Of a stretch of 44,551 nucleotides of DNA, positions 31,109 through 41,391 are shown piece after piece (within the stretch, counting starts at the first letter, position 1; each line of letters starts with the position of its first letter). The stretch lies in NCBI GenBank assembly GCA_946408655.1, contig CAMJTE010000002.1, positions 1 to 44,551 on the forward strand, given 5' to 3'. Source of the stretch: an uncultured Bacillales bacterium (GTDB lineage: Bacteria; Bacillota_I; Bacilli_A; RF39; UBA660). The notes beneath the pieces are model-generated. The model did no database searches, was not told the DNA's origin, and was given only the letters and a program-made list of their open reading frames with translations. Made by a program: the position numbers and the translations under genes.

Positions 31109-33217
31109 ATGAAGAAGAAAAAGACTAAATGGAAAGTTCCTAATTTGGTGTTTTTTATCTTTTTAATTGGGATACTTATTTTGTATGGCCAATATGTATA
31201 TTTATCTTTATCTAAAAGTATATATGGAATTAATATGAATAAGTTTGCATCTAATCGTAATACTGTTACTAAAGAGAAAATTGCAGAACGTGGTAAAATA
31301 TTTGATGTTAATGGAGATACTCTTGCTCTTAATGTAACTTCATATACATTAATTGCTTATCTTGATGAGAAAAGAGTGGGTAGTGATGGAACTCCAAAAC
31401 ATGTAGTTGATAAAGAAGATACGGCAAAGAAACTTGCTAGTGTTCTTGATGCAGATGAATCGTATATATTAGAAAGGCTAAATAAAAAACAATATCAAGT
31501 ACAATTTGGTAATTATGGTAGAAATATTACAGAACTTAAGAAAAAAGAGATTGAATCTTTAAATTTAAGTGGTATTGATTTTGAAAAAACTGCCAATAGG
31601 TATTATCCATCAGGAAATTTTGCATCTTATACAATTGGTTATGCAAAAACCGGTGATGATGGAATTATTAAGGGAATGCTTGGGGTTGAGGCAAATTTCA
31701 ACGATGAACTAACTGGAATTAATGGATATGATAGGTACGAACAGGATAAGTTTGGTTATAAGATCCCTAATACACCTGAGGAAAATGTTGATGCTATAGA
31801 TGGGGATGATATATACCTTACAATAGATTCTAGTATTCAAAGATTTGTTGAAAGTGCGATATATAAAGTTGACTCAGAGTATGAACCTGAGTGGACTATA
31901 ATTGAAGTAATGGATGCAAAAACTGGAGAAATACTTGGTAGTAGTTCATCAACATCTTTTGATCCAAACAATATTCCAAGTGATATGTCTTATGAAAATC
32001 CTCTAGTATCATATACTTTTGAACCAGGTAGTACTATGAAGATATTTACATATATGTGTGCGATGGAAAAAGGAGTATATAATGGCTCTGAGACTTATTC
32101 ATCAGGTAGTTATAAAGTAGATGAAGATAATAAAATTAATGACTGGAATAAAAGTGGTTGGGGAGATATTACTTATGATATTGGATTTGAGTATTCAAGT
32201 AATACTGCAATTGCTAATTTGATTACTAAGTACTTATCTCGTGATGAGTTAAAAGAGTGTTTTACTAAATATGGTTTTGGTGATATAACTGGTATTGAAT
32301 TATCTGGTGAAGCAAAAGGAAAACTTAATTTTAAATATCCAATAGAGGTTCTTGCTGCCGGATATGGTCAAGGAATACTTACTACTCCTATTCAGCACCT
32401 ACAAGCATTATCAATAATTGCTAATGATGGTATAATGGTAACACCACATATTGTAACTAAGATAGATAGTAAAAAGAATAAAAAAGTAACTACTACTAAA
32501 GTAAAAAAGAGTGATAGAATAGTAAGTCATGATACTGTTGTTAAAATTAAGGATTTAATGGAGAAAGTAGTTAGCGATGATTGGGCAACAGGACATAAAT
32601 ATTATATAGAAAACTTTGGTATTATTGGTAAAACTGGTACTGCACAAATATATGAAAATGGAAGATATTTAACAGGTACTACTGATTATATATCATCAAT
32701 ATCTATGATGTATCCTAAGGATAATCCTAGAATAATAATATATGCAGCAACTAAGAAACCATCACATAACCAGAATTATGCTTTATCAGAATCTATACAA
32801 GAGTTAACAAAAAATATAGCTAAGTATTATAATATGTTTAACGAAGGAGAGAATTCTAAAAATAGCGTTAATAAAATGGATAATTATTTAAGTAAAAATA
32901 TTTCTGATGTAGTAAGTGAATTAAGTAATAAAGGGGTTAGTCCTATTGTAATTGGTGATGGAGATAAAATAATTAATCAGTATCCTAAAAAAGGAGTAAC
33001 ACTTGTTAATAATTATAAAGTATTCTTAGTAACGAATGGAGATAATACTACTATGCCAAATTTAACAAGTTGGTCTAGAAACGATGTAGATAGATTCTGC
33101 AACTTAGTTAATATAGAATGTAAGTTTAATGGTAGCGGTTATGTAGTGTCTCAAAGTATTTCAGAAGGGACAGCCGTATCAGGAGTACTAGAAGTAAATC
33201 TAGAAAATAGAGGTTAG
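31109..33217 (+). CDS. Class B penicillin-binding protein (PBP2B/PBP2x/FtsI-type transpeptidase) with two C-terminal PASTA domains
   Basis: Transpeptidase motifs STMK (EPGSTMKIF), SSN (YSSNTA) and KTGT (GKTGTAQ), with an N-terminal TM. The C-terminal ~130 aa has two PASTA-like repeats. The likely start is ATG 31109 (SD GGAGGA at 31095-31100). Confidence 0.9.
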   Translation: MKKKKTKWKVPNLVFFIFLIGILILYGQYVYLSLSKSIYGINMNKFASNRNTVTKEKIAERGKIFDVNGDTLALNVTSYTLIAYLDEKRVGSDGTPKHVVDKEDTAKKLASVLDADESYILERLNKKQYQVQFGNYGRNITELKKKEIESLNLSGIDFEKTANRYYPSGNFASYTIGYAKTGDDGIIKGMLGVEANFNDELTGINGYDRYEQDKFGYKIPNTPEENVDAIDGDDIYLTIDSSIQRFVESAIYKVDSEYEPEWTIIEVMDAKTGEILGSSSSTSFDPNNIPSDMSYENPLVSYTFEPGSTMKIFTYMCAMEKGVYNGSETYSSGSYKVDEDNKINDWNKSGWGDITYDIGFEYSSNTAIANLITKYLSRDELKECFTKYGFGDITGIELSGEAKGKLNFKYPIEVLAAGYGQGILTTPIQHLQALSIIANDGIMVTPHIVTKIDSKKNKKVTTTKVKKSDRIVSHDTVVKIKDLMEKVVSDDWATGHKYYIENFGIIGKTGTAQIYENGRYLTGTTDYISSISMMYPKDNPRIIIYAATKKPSHNQNYALSESIQELTKNIAKYYNMFNEGENSKNSVNKMDNYLSKNISDVVSELSNKGVSPIVIGDGDKIINQYPKKGVTLVNNYKVFLVTNGDNTTMPNLTSWSRNDVDRFCNLVNIECKFNGSGYVVSQSISEGTAVSGVLEVNLENRG

Positions 33218-33228
33218 GGAGTGATTAT

Positions 33229-34851
33229 ATGGCTAAAGAAAAAGTATATGTATTTGGGCATCAGAAACCAGATACTGATAGTGTAACTAGTGCGATTAGT
33301 GTAGCATACTTAAAAAGAATGTTGGGGATGAATGCTGAGGCACGTATTCTTGGAGAAATAAATAAAGAAACAAAATTTGTACTTAAATATTTTAAAGTAA
33401 AAACTCCAGCTTATTTAGATAGTGTTAAATTACAGATTAAAGATGTTGATTATAACAAAGGCTATCAAGTATTAGAAACTAGTACAATACTTGATACTTA
33501 TAATTATTTTAATGAATTAGGTATAACTGGTGCACCTATAATAAGTTCTAATAAGAAGATTAAAGGAGTTGTTACGTCTAAAGACATTGTAAGTAAAATT
33601 ATTGAAGATGATAGAGAGTATGTTAATACATCATATGATAATTTATTAAAATCTGTAGAAGGGTCACAAATCTTAAGATTTTCAGATGAAATAACAGGTA
33701 AAATTATAGTTGCCACCGTTAAAAGTGAAACATTACTTAGTGAGAATAGATTTGATAGTGACACAATACTTATTGTTGGTGAGAGAAAAAATGTAATTAA
33801 TTATGCGATAGAAAGTAATGTTAAAACTATAATTGTTGTAGGTGGTAATGATATTAGTTTAGAACAATTAAAAATAGCAGAAGATAAAAAAATTAATATC
33901 ATTAAGACTAATTTAGAATCATTTAAAACTGCTAGAAGAGTTATGTATAGCGAGTATATAAAAAATATAATGAATGATAATAAATTCTATAAATTTAATC
34001 AAAACTATAACTTTTATGATTTCTTAAAAGAAGCAAGAAAATTAGGACATAATAATTATCCTGTAGTTGGTAGACGTGATGAATGTTTAGGCCTTATTCG
34101 AGTAACTGATAAAAATATCAAGCATAATAAGAAAGTAATATTAGTTGATCATAACGAATCTACCCAAAGTGTAGATGGACTTGATGAAGCAACAATTATT
34201 GAGGTTGTAGATCATCATAAAATAGGTGATTTATCTACAAGTGATCCTATTAATTTTAGAAATATGGCAGTAGGTAGTACTAATACAATAGTGTTTCAAA
34301 TGTTTAGAGAAAGGCATATAGATATTCCATATGAAATTGCAGGAATGATGATATCAGGAATTCTTTCTGATACATTGTGTCTTACTAGTAGTACAACAAC
34401 AGATTTGGATAAAATAACAGTAAGTCTTCTTGCAAATGAAATGCATTTAGATTACGAGTCATATTATAAAGAAATGCTTAAGGCAGGAACAAGTATAGAA
34501 GGTCTAACTAAAAAAGAAGTATTAACTCAGGATTATAAGAATTTCCAAGTAGAGGATAAAAAGTATGCAATTGGACAAACTATTACCCTTGATATAGATA
34601 ATATTATGAAAGATAAAGATGAATATATTTCACTTATGGAAGAGAAGAAAAAAGATCATGAGTTAGAATTAATATTATTTATTATAACTGATGTTTTAAA
34701 AAATGGTTCTTATATCCTTTATACATCAGGATGTGAAGAAATGTTAAGTGAATCTTTTAATATCAATGATGTATATGAAGGAGTATTTATCCCAGGTATG
34801 ACATCAAGAAAAAAACAAGTAGTACCGTATATAAATGAATATATAAAGTAA
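33229..34851 (+). CDS. ppaC: Family II (DHH/DHHA2) manganese-dependent inorganic pyrophosphatase with CBS-domain insert
   Basis: DHH motifs HQKPDTDSV, VDHNE and VDHHK, plus DHHA2 motifs GILSDT and KKQVVP. The ~250-aa insert has CBS-like features, giving a length of 540 aa. Confidence 0.85.
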   Translation: MAKEKVYVFGHQKPDTDSVTSAISVAYLKRMLGMNAEARILGEINKETKFVLKYFKVKTPAYLDSVKLQIKDVDYNKGYQVLETSTILDTYNYFNELGITGAPIISSNKKIKGVVTSKDIVSKIIEDDREYVNTSYDNLLKSVEGSQILRFSDEITGKIIVATVKSETLLSENRFDSDTILIVGERKNVINYAIESNVKTIIVVGGNDISLEQLKIAEDKKINIIKTNLESFKTARRVMYSEYIKNIMNDNKFYKFNQNYNFYDFLKEARKLGHNNYPVVGRRDECLGLIRVTDKNIKHNKKVILVDHNESTQSVDGLDEATIIEVVDHHKIGDLSTSDPINFRNMAVGSTNTIVFQMFRERHIDIPYEIAGMMISGILSDTLCLTSSTTTDLDKITVSLLANEMHLDYESYYKEMLKAGTSIEGLTKKEVLTQDYKNFQVEDKKYAIGQTITLDIDNIMKDKDEYISLMEEKKKDHELELILFIITDVLKNGSYILYTSGCEEMLSESFNINDVYEGVFIPGMTSRKKQVVPYINEYIK

Positions 34852-34912
34852 AATGTTATTTTTGTAACATCTTTCTTTTTTTCTGCTATAATATAAGGCG
34901 ATTGGAGGATTT

Positions 34913-35515
34913 ATGGATAAAAATTGTGGAAGTTGTACTTATTTAGATTTAAATTATGGTGGAGATTATAATGGAAAGTATTATTGTAATAAAAAGTGGG
35001 AACGACATTTAGCTACTGATACAGCATGTTCCAATTATACAAAAGCATATTCAAGAAGTTCTTCTTCTTATGATAATGCAATTGATTTCAGTAAATCAAA
35101 GCAGCAAAGTAATTGTTATATAACAACTATTCTATGCGATATATTAAAACTTAGTGATACTAACTATTATATCAGTACTTTAAGAAATTTTAGAGATAAT
35201 TACTTAAGATATAAAATGGAATATAAACACTTACTTGTAGAATATGATATAGTAGGACCTATTATATGTGAGAATTTAATTATGGATAAACAAAAAAGAC
35301 TAATTGCATCAAAATTATTCTATAATTACATTAGTCCAGTTGTTAGTTTAATTGAAGATAAAATGTTTATGGATGCAATTGTTAGATATTCTATGATGGT
35401 AAATAAGTTAAAAGATGTATATAGTATTAATGCTAATATCACAAATAAGGATATAGAAGATTGCGATATCAATTTAGCAGGGCATGGTCAATATCAAAAA
35501 AAATATAAATATTAG
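34913..35515 (+). CDS. Hypothetical protein with N-terminal Cys cluster
   Basis: A 200-aa ORF with an SD (TGGAGGA). The N-terminus is CGSCTYLD...YYCNKKWERH...CSNY. No family was recognised. Confidence 0.6.
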   Translation: MDKNCGSCTYLDLNYGGDYNGKYYCNKKWERHLATDTACSNYTKAYSRSSSSYDNAIDFSKSKQQSNCYITTILCDILKLSDTNYYISTLRNFRDNYLRYKMEYKHLLVEYDIVGPIICENLIMDKQKRLIASKLFYNYISPVVSLIEDKMFMDAIVRYSMMVNKLKDVYSINANITNKDIEDCDINLAGHGQYQKKYKY

Positions 35516-35579
35516 TTTTAAGTATCTTGACTATCAATTACGAAAATTGTAAAATTATAATAGAGAGGAGGTAAGTGTG

Positions 35580-36824
35580 ATGTTTTGTGGTGAATGTGGT
35601 ACAAAAAACAAAAAAGGCGATGCTTTTTGTAAAGAGTGTGGTTCAAAGTTAGAAAGTGTTGAGGTTACTACTAATAAAGTTACAAAAGAGGTTAATAATG
35701 TTCCTAAAAAGCCTATGGCTAAATCTACTAAAATTATTATTGGTGTTGTTGCGGTAATAATAGCTGCTATAGTTGCTTTATTTATTGTTTTAGGTAATAT
35801 TACTAATCCAAAGAATGTTGCTAAAGAGTATATTCAAGCAGTAGTTAATAAAGATGGTAATAAACTTTATAATTATTTAAATATTGAAGGAGATTCCACT
35901 TTTGTTTCAAAGAGTGTATTTGATAATTATATAAAAGAAAAAATAAAAGATGATGCTGTTACTAATTACAAAATTACTGATGTTGAATATTCTACAGGCA
36001 AATTACAAGCAACTGTAAGATTTACTTATACAACTAAAAATAGTAGTAGTGAGAAAACTGGTAAAGTTACTTTAACTAAAGATAAGAGTAAAAAGTATCT
36101 ATTCTTTGATAATTGGAAGATTAATGATTCTATTGATACTGCTGTTGTAAAAGACTATACTTTAAAAGTTACTAAAGGCTCTATTTTAACATATGGTGGT
36201 ATTAAAATTGATAAGAAATACTTAGATTCTTCAAAATCTTCAACTGAGTATGATGTATATGTGTTACCTCAAGTATTTGGATATGAAACTGTAATTAAAG
36301 CAGTACTTCCAACTGGTTTAGAGATTGAAGAAAAAGTTACTCCATCAACATATTATAGTACTCACACAGTATCATTTGATGAAGATACGTTAACTGATGC
36401 AGCAAAGAATAAGATAATTGAAGTTGCTAAAAAAGATTTAAATACTATTTATACATCTGCAATTGCTAAGAAAAGTTTCGCAGACATTAAGAGTAATTTT
36501 GATGTTAAAGGTATCGATTTAACTAAGCTTGAGCAAAGTTATAATAGTTTTGTTACTAAGTTAGGTAGTGAGTCAAATGTTTTAACTAGTTTTACTGTAA
36601 CTAATGCTTCTATTTATGATATTGACCTAGATTCAAATGGATATTTAGAAGTTGAGTTTAAAGTAAATTATGACTATGCTATTAAATACACAGATTATAG
36701 TAACAATGAAAAAACTCATTCAGATTCAGACTATGATTATATGACTGTTACATTGACTTATAAAAATGGTTCATATTATTTAGTAAATATTAATGAGTTA
36801 GAAACATATTTTTCAAGATATTAG
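35580..36824 (+). CDS. Zinc-ribbon domain membrane protein (cytoplasmic CxxC-x-CxxC, one TM, large extracytoplasmic domain)
   Basis: FCGECGTKNKKGDAFCKECGSKL, followed by the TM IIIGVVAVIIAAIVALFIVL. SD AGAGGAGG precedes ATG 35580. Confidence 0.75.
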   Translation: MFCGECGTKNKKGDAFCKECGSKLESVEVTTNKVTKEVNNVPKKPMAKSTKIIIGVVAVIIAAIVALFIVLGNITNPKNVAKEYIQAVVNKDGNKLYNYLNIEGDSTFVSKSVFDNYIKEKIKDDAVTNYKITDVEYSTGKLQATVRFTYTTKNSSSEKTGKVTLTKDKSKKYLFFDNWKINDSIDTAVVKDYTLKVTKGSILTYGGIKIDKKYLDSSKSSTEYDVYVLPQVFGYETVIKAVLPTGLEIEEKVTPSTYYSTHTVSFDEDTLTDAAKNKIIEVAKKDLNTIYTSAIAKKSFADIKSNFDVKGIDLTKLEQSYNSFVTKLGSESNVLTSFTVTNASIYDIDLDSNGYLEVEFKVNYDYAIKYTDYSNNEKTHSDSDYDYMTVTLTYKNGSYYLVNINELETYFSRY

Positions 36825-36840
36825 AAGGAGGGAATAAAAT

Positions 36841-37566
36841 ATGGCAAAATTTTGTACAAGATGTGGAAAAAAGTTAGAAGAAGGTCAAGTATGTGATTGT
36901 TCAAGTAATGTATCTGCACCAACACAAGCTTCTGCTTCAACAAACGTAGATATTAATCAAGGATTTAATGATTACATAAATGTAATTAAAGGAATATTTA
37001 CAAAACCTAGTGATACTATTAAAGAGTATGCAAGATCTGATAAATTCTTACTTGGAATAGTTGCAATGGTAATTAACTGTTTAATTAGTGGATTATTCTT
37101 CTATTTCTTTGTTGATAAAGCATTTGGCAGTGTAATGGGAATGTTCATGGGAGGATATGGTTCTCTTATGTCTAGTGCTGGAATGTCACTTCCGTTCGGT
37201 AGAATATTCTTCATGGGATTATTATGCATGGTATTCTGGTTCGCAATCTGTGCACTTGTAATCTTTGTTGTTGCAAATCCAATTTTAAAAGATAAAATGG
37301 ATATTAAAAAGACATTTGCTTTAGTTGGTGTATGTTCAATATTTACAACAGTAACTACTGTAGCTGCTTTAATATTTACATTCATTTCAGTTAAATTTGC
37401 AATTGCAATTATATTACTAGGAGCATTATTCTATTTAACACATCTATATCAAGGACTTAACGATATAACAAATATTAATAAAAATAAACTAGTTTATGTA
37501 TTTGTTCCAGCTGTTGGACTTGCTACATTCTTAATGATAGAAATTGTTCCAAGACTATTTAGTTAA
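36841..37566 (+). CDS. Zinc-ribbon plus Yip1-like polytopic membrane protein
   Basis: FCTRCGKKLEEGQVCDC at the N-terminus. The motif IFTKPSDTIKEYARSD is followed by ~5 TM helices, which is typical of Yip1/DUF1282-type proteins. Confidence 0.7.
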   Translation: MAKFCTRCGKKLEEGQVCDCSSNVSAPTQASASTNVDINQGFNDYINVIKGIFTKPSDTIKEYARSDKFLLGIVAMVINCLISGLFFYFFVDKAFGSVMGMFMGGYGSLMSSAGMSLPFGRIFFMGLLCMVFWFAICALVIFVVANPILKDKMDIKKTFALVGVCSIFTTVTTVAALIFTFISVKFAIAIILLGALFYLTHLYQGLNDITNINKNKLVYVFVPAVGLATFLMIEIVPRLFS

Positions 37567-37568
37567 TC

Positions 37569-37595
37569 AAAAGGTATTAAAAAATACCTTTTTTT
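37569..37595 (+). terminator. Rho-independent terminator
   Basis: AAGGTATT (37571-37578), loop AAAA, AATACCTT (37583-37590), then a T-run to 37595. Confidence 0.8.
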
Positions 37596-37664
37596 GTGGT
37601 TAAAGTGAAAAAAACTATTGAACTTAATAATTTTTTGTGCTAAAATTAATTTGTTCGTTGATTT

Positions 37665-37741
37665 GGCGATGTAGCTCAGTTGGCTAGAGCACATGGTTCA
37701 TACCCATGGTGTCGGGGGTTCAACTCCCTCCGTCGCTACCA
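37665..37741 (+). tRNA. tRNA-Met (CAT anticodon), elongator type, CCA encoded
   Basis: A 77-nt cloverleaf. The acceptor stem is GGCGATG/CGTCGCT (two G-U pairs), the D arm is GCTC-AGTTGGCTA-GAGC, the anticodon arm is CATGG-TTCATAC-CCATG and the T arm is GGGGG-TTCAACT-CCCTC, ending in ACCA. It closely resembles the Bacillus elongator tRNA-Met as I recall it. It lacks the initiator features (three G-C pairs in the anticodon stem, 1-72 mismatch). Confidence 0.93.
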
Positions 37742-37754
37742 ATAAGGAAATACT

Positions 37755-37781
37755 TGAACTCTTTAATTAGAGTTCTTTTTT
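37755..37781 (+). terminator. Terminator after tRNA-Met
   Basis: GAACTCT (37755-37761), loop TTAATT, AGAGTTC (37768-37774), then a T-run. Confidence 0.8.
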
Positions 37782-37785
37782 GTAT

Positions 37786-37867
37786 TTATGTAGAAAATTT
37801 AGTTATGTAGAAAACTAGAAAAAAAGCCTGAAAATATAAGACTTTATCGTTAAATTTTTCTACATAA
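37786..37867. repeat. Three copies of the 12-bp motif TTATGTAGAAAA (two direct, one inverted) between the tRNA and the integrase remnant
   Basis: Direct copies lie at 37786-37797 and 37803-37814. The reverse complement TTTTCTACATAA lies at 37856-37867. Confidence 0.8.
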
Positions 37868-37871
37868 TTTT

Positions 37872-38429
37872 TTATTTCATATTATATTTTAGCCAATTAT
37901 CTAAATTATCTTTTTTATTATCACTATATTTATTTTTAGTATTAATTGCTTCAGAGTTTTTAAGAATTTCTTCTCGTTGCTTTTTAGAGTCAGGTGTTGC
38001 ATATATTTCGGCCGAAGAAATTGTACTATGTACTAGAAAGTCTTTAACATATAAAAGAGGCGTGCCATTATTATAAAGATGTGTTGCTTTAGTATGACGA
38101 AATGAATGTGGGAAATAATCACCTTTAAAATAATTTGGGTACTTTATTCTTAAATCATTAACTAAGGCAGTTATTATTTTGTTGATACTATTACGATAAT
38201 ATTTTGATTTATGTGTAGAATAGAATAAATAATCATCATAGTTTATATAGACTTCTTTTAAATATTTATTTATGAGTTTAACTAATTCTTGACTTATAGG
38301 AACAATTCTTGTTTTATTACCTTTACCATATAAGGTTATATTTGCGTTATCTGATAAGTTTAAATCATTTAGCTTAATATTAATAAATTCTGATACTCTT
38401 GCACCAGTTTCATATAGAACACAAATCAT
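37872..38429 (-). pseudogene. 5'-truncated tyrosine recombinase (phage-type integrase), C-terminal catalytic domain only
   Basis: The 185-aa product starts inside the catalytic domain (ETGARVSEFINIKLNDL). It retains HSFRHTKATHLYNNG...LVHSTISSAEIYA (the R, HxxR, H and Y positions). No room or ORF exists for the N-terminal core-binding domain before prfA. It lies next to a tRNA gene. Confidence 0.75.
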
Positions 38430-38547
38430 AGTTAATTTTTTTAAGTCTTTATTATTATTTAGATATTTTATCCTGGTACGTTATACATAAATGATTGAAA
38501 AATAAGTATAATTATAGTATAATCAGTATGTTTGAAAGGGAGATACT

Positions 38548-39612
38548 ATGATAGAAAGATTAGAAACTATAGAAAAAAAATATAATGAGATAACTAAAGA
38601 ACTTATGAATCCTGATGTACTTAGTGATATTAATAAAACATTGAAATTAAATAAAGAATTATCTGATTTAAAGGACTCTTACGATGCCTATCAATTACTA
38701 AAAAAAATTGATAATGATATTGATGCTGATAAAATGGTTATAGATGATCCTGAACTGGGTGAAATGGTTAAGGAAGAGATTAAAGAACTAGAAGAAAAAA
38801 GAGAAAAACTTCTTAAAGATATAGAGATTATGTTGCTTCCAAAGGATCCTAATGATGGAAAGAATGTTGTAATTGAAATTAGAGGAGCGGCTGGAGGAGA
38901 TGAAGCAAATATCTTTGCTGGTGATCTATATAGAATGTATTCTAAGTATGCTGAAAAACAAGGTTGGAAGGTTGAGGTATATAATGAGGAACCAGGTGAA
39001 GCAGGGGGGTATTCACAAATTGAGTTCTTAATTAAAGGTGATAATGTATACTCAAAATTAAAATATGAAAGTGGCGCGCATCGTGTTCAAAGAGTACCTG
39101 CAACGGAAACTCAAGGTAGAGTTCATACATCAACTGCAACAGTACTTGCAATGCCTGAAGCAGAAGAGGTTGATTTTAAACTTGATATGAGTGAGATTAG
39201 AATAGATATTACTCGTTCTTCTGGTTGTGGAGGACAGGGAGTTAATACAACTGATTCAGCAGTTAGACTTACACATATTCCAACTGGTATAATTGTTTAT
39301 TCACAAACAGAAAGATCACAGATTAAGAATAAAGAAAAAGCAATAAAAATAATGCAAACTAGACTTTATGATTTAAAGATGAAAGAACAAGAAGAAAAGT
39401 TAGGCGTTGAACGTAGAAGTAAGATTGGTACTGGGGATAGAAGCGAGAAGATTAGAACATATAATTATCCACAGAATAGAGTAACAGATCATCGTATTGG
39501 TTTTACAACTAAACAGTTGGATCGAGTAATGGAAGGGGCTATGGATGAGATTATTGAGGCTTTAATTACCGAAGATCAAACTAGAAAGTTAGAAGGAGAT
39601 ATAAAAGAATAA
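38548..39612 (+). CDS. prfA: Peptide chain release factor 1
   Basis: GGQ motif ([17 protein letters not shown]), the RF1-specific PAT tripeptide ([14 protein letters not shown]), and a length of 354 aa. Confidence 0.95.
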   Translation: MIERLETIEKKYNEITKELMNPDVLSDINKTLKLNKELSDLKDSYDAYQLLKKIDNDIDADKMVIDDPELGEMVKEEIKELEEKREKLLKDIEIMLLPKDPNDGKNVVIEIRGAAGGDEANIFAGDLYRMYSKYAEKQGWKVEVYNEEPGEAGGYSQIEFLIKGDNVYSKLKYESGAHRVQRVPATETQGRVHTSTATVLAMPEAEEVDFKLDMSEIRIDITRSSGCGGQGVNTTDSAVRLTHIPTGIIVYSQTERSQIKNKEKAIKIMQTRLYDLKMKEQEEKLGVERRSKIGTGDRSEKIRTYNYPQNRVTDHRIGFTTKQLDRVMEGAMDEIIEALITEDQTRKLEGDIKE

Positions 39613-39687
39613 TATCTTTAAAAGTATATTTTAAAGTTTATGTTCTTTTTTTTATACTTTTAAATATATTTAATTAGGAGGGATTTT

Positions 39688-39948
39688 ATGGAAACACTTA
39701 AAGTAGGGACTAAATCAAACCCTAATTCAGTTGCAGGAGCTTTAGCTAATGTAATACGTGAAAAAGGAATTGTTGAAATACAAGCGATAGGAGCTGGTGC
39801 GTTAAATCAGGCAATTAAATCAATTGCTATTGCGCGTGGATTTGTGGCTCCTAGTGGAAAGAATCTTGTTTGTATTCCAGCTTTTACTGATATAACTATT
39901 GATGGTGAGGAGCGTACTGCCATTAAACTTATTGTTGAGACCAAATAG
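39688..39948 (+). CDS. spoVS: Stage V sporulation protein S family protein
   Basis: The 86-aa protein LKVGTKSNPNSVAGALANVIREKG...IQAIGAGALNQAIKSIAIARGFVAPSG...IPAF...IDGEERTAIKLIVE is near-identical in pattern to SpoVS. Confidence 0.9.
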   Translation: METLKVGTKSNPNSVAGALANVIREKGIVEIQAIGAGALNQAIKSIAIARGFVAPSGKNLVCIPAFTDITIDGEERTAIKLIVETK

Positions 39949-40006
39949 GTCTTTTTATTTTAATGAATATTTGTTATAATATGCAGTATTAGATGGAGGT
40001 TGTAAG

Positions 40007-41332
40007 ATGCAAGAAGTAGATGATAGTTTTAGTTATACAGTACTTTTCCTACTTAAACTTAATTTATTATTTAAAAATAAAAGACAAATATCTTTAAAAA
40101 AAGCAATCGAAGGTAGAAGAGTACTTGAGAGGAGTATAAGAGAAGAATATCTGTGTTTTAAAGATATAGATGTGCAAGTAGAATTTATAGAATTTTTAAG
40201 CGAGTGTAGTAGTTTGGTTTATTATAAAGATAAAAATATTATTTTAAAAGATGGTGTTACTGTTCATAATATAGATGAAGCTATTGCTATAATGAAACCA
40301 GAAAAATATATTGATTATAATATTAAGATCTTTAAGTTTTTAGGAATTAATAAACCAATCGATTTTATAAATAAATACTATGGCATTGAAAAGACAATAG
40401 AATTTTTTTATATGAATAATTCTAATGGAATATATAACGATATACTTGATTTATATTTTAAAGCACGAGCTGAAATGTTAGAAGATATTAAACATTTAGA
40501 TGAAGATTATCAAGATGTATTAACATCATTACAAGATGAATTGTATGAAGAATTGGAAGATGATTTTATCTTATTTCCTATCAGTGAAACTAGATATGAA
40601 AAAAGTGATCACTTTGATGAGAAGACAGATGTAATTGATTTATTAAATACGCCTTCGCAACGGGCTATTTTTACAGATTTTCCTCTTTTTAGAACTAAAG
40701 TCAAATTTGATTTTTGCAATTTAATTGAAAGCCTATTAGGAGAAGAAATAAATGATGTTAGTGATCAAGAGCTTGATGCAACAGAGGAATACTATGATGC
40801 AAATGTAGATTCTAGTATTATTGGAGAAGATGATATTAACTATAATGTGACAAATGTTAGTGATACTTTTGAAGATGAACTGGATGAATCTGTAAACTTA
40901 TCTAGAAAAGATGCTATATTTGTTCTTGAATATATAAGAATCCTTGAAAACATGAAAAATAGGTATCAAAAGGTATCTAGTGAGATTAATATTTTGATTA
41001 ACAGATTAAAGTATTTAGTTGATAATAATGATATTAAGCTATACAAGAAAAGCTTTGAAGATATAGATTATATAATAGGCGAATATAAAAAATTAGATGA
41101 TTTAGATTATTTAAGAATTGCAGATGAAGTAATGTATTTTATTAATGAAATATTTAATAATTATTATGATAGCTTTTTACTTAGAAAGATTTTATTTATA
41201 AAAGCATACTATAATTTAACTAATGATTATGAGGTAATTAATTATATAAATGAATTTAAAGATAGGAGATTATATAATTATGTATATATAATAATTACTG
41301 GAGAAGAACCAAGTAAAAGAAAGATAAAATAA
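40007..41332 (+). CDS. Hypothetical acidic protein (441 aa)
   Basis: A long ORF with an SD (GGAGG). It is rich in D, E, I, K, N and Y, with no TM helix and no recognisable motif. Confidence 0.6.
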   Translation: MQEVDDSFSYTVLFLLKLNLLFKNKRQISLKKAIEGRRVLERSIREEYLCFKDIDVQVEFIEFLSECSSLVYYKDKNIILKDGVTVHNIDEAIAIMKPEKYIDYNIKIFKFLGINKPIDFINKYYGIEKTIEFFYMNNSNGIYNDILDLYFKARAEMLEDIKHLDEDYQDVLTSLQDELYEELEDDFILFPISETRYEKSDHFDEKTDVIDLLNTPSQRAIFTDFPLFRTKVKFDFCNLIESLLGEEINDVSDQELDATEEYYDANVDSSIIGEDDINYNVTNVSDTFEDELDESVNLSRKDAIFVLEYIRILENMKNRYQKVSSEINILINRLKYLVDNNDIKLYKKSFEDIDYIIGEYKKLDDLDYLRIADEVMYFINEIFNNYYDSFLLRKILFIKAYYNLTNDYEVINYINEFKDRRLYNYVYIIITGEEPSKRKIK

Positions 41333-41391
41333 TTCGATTGTATTTTTAAAAAAATTATAATATAATTAAAATGAAATGGAGATTTTTAATA

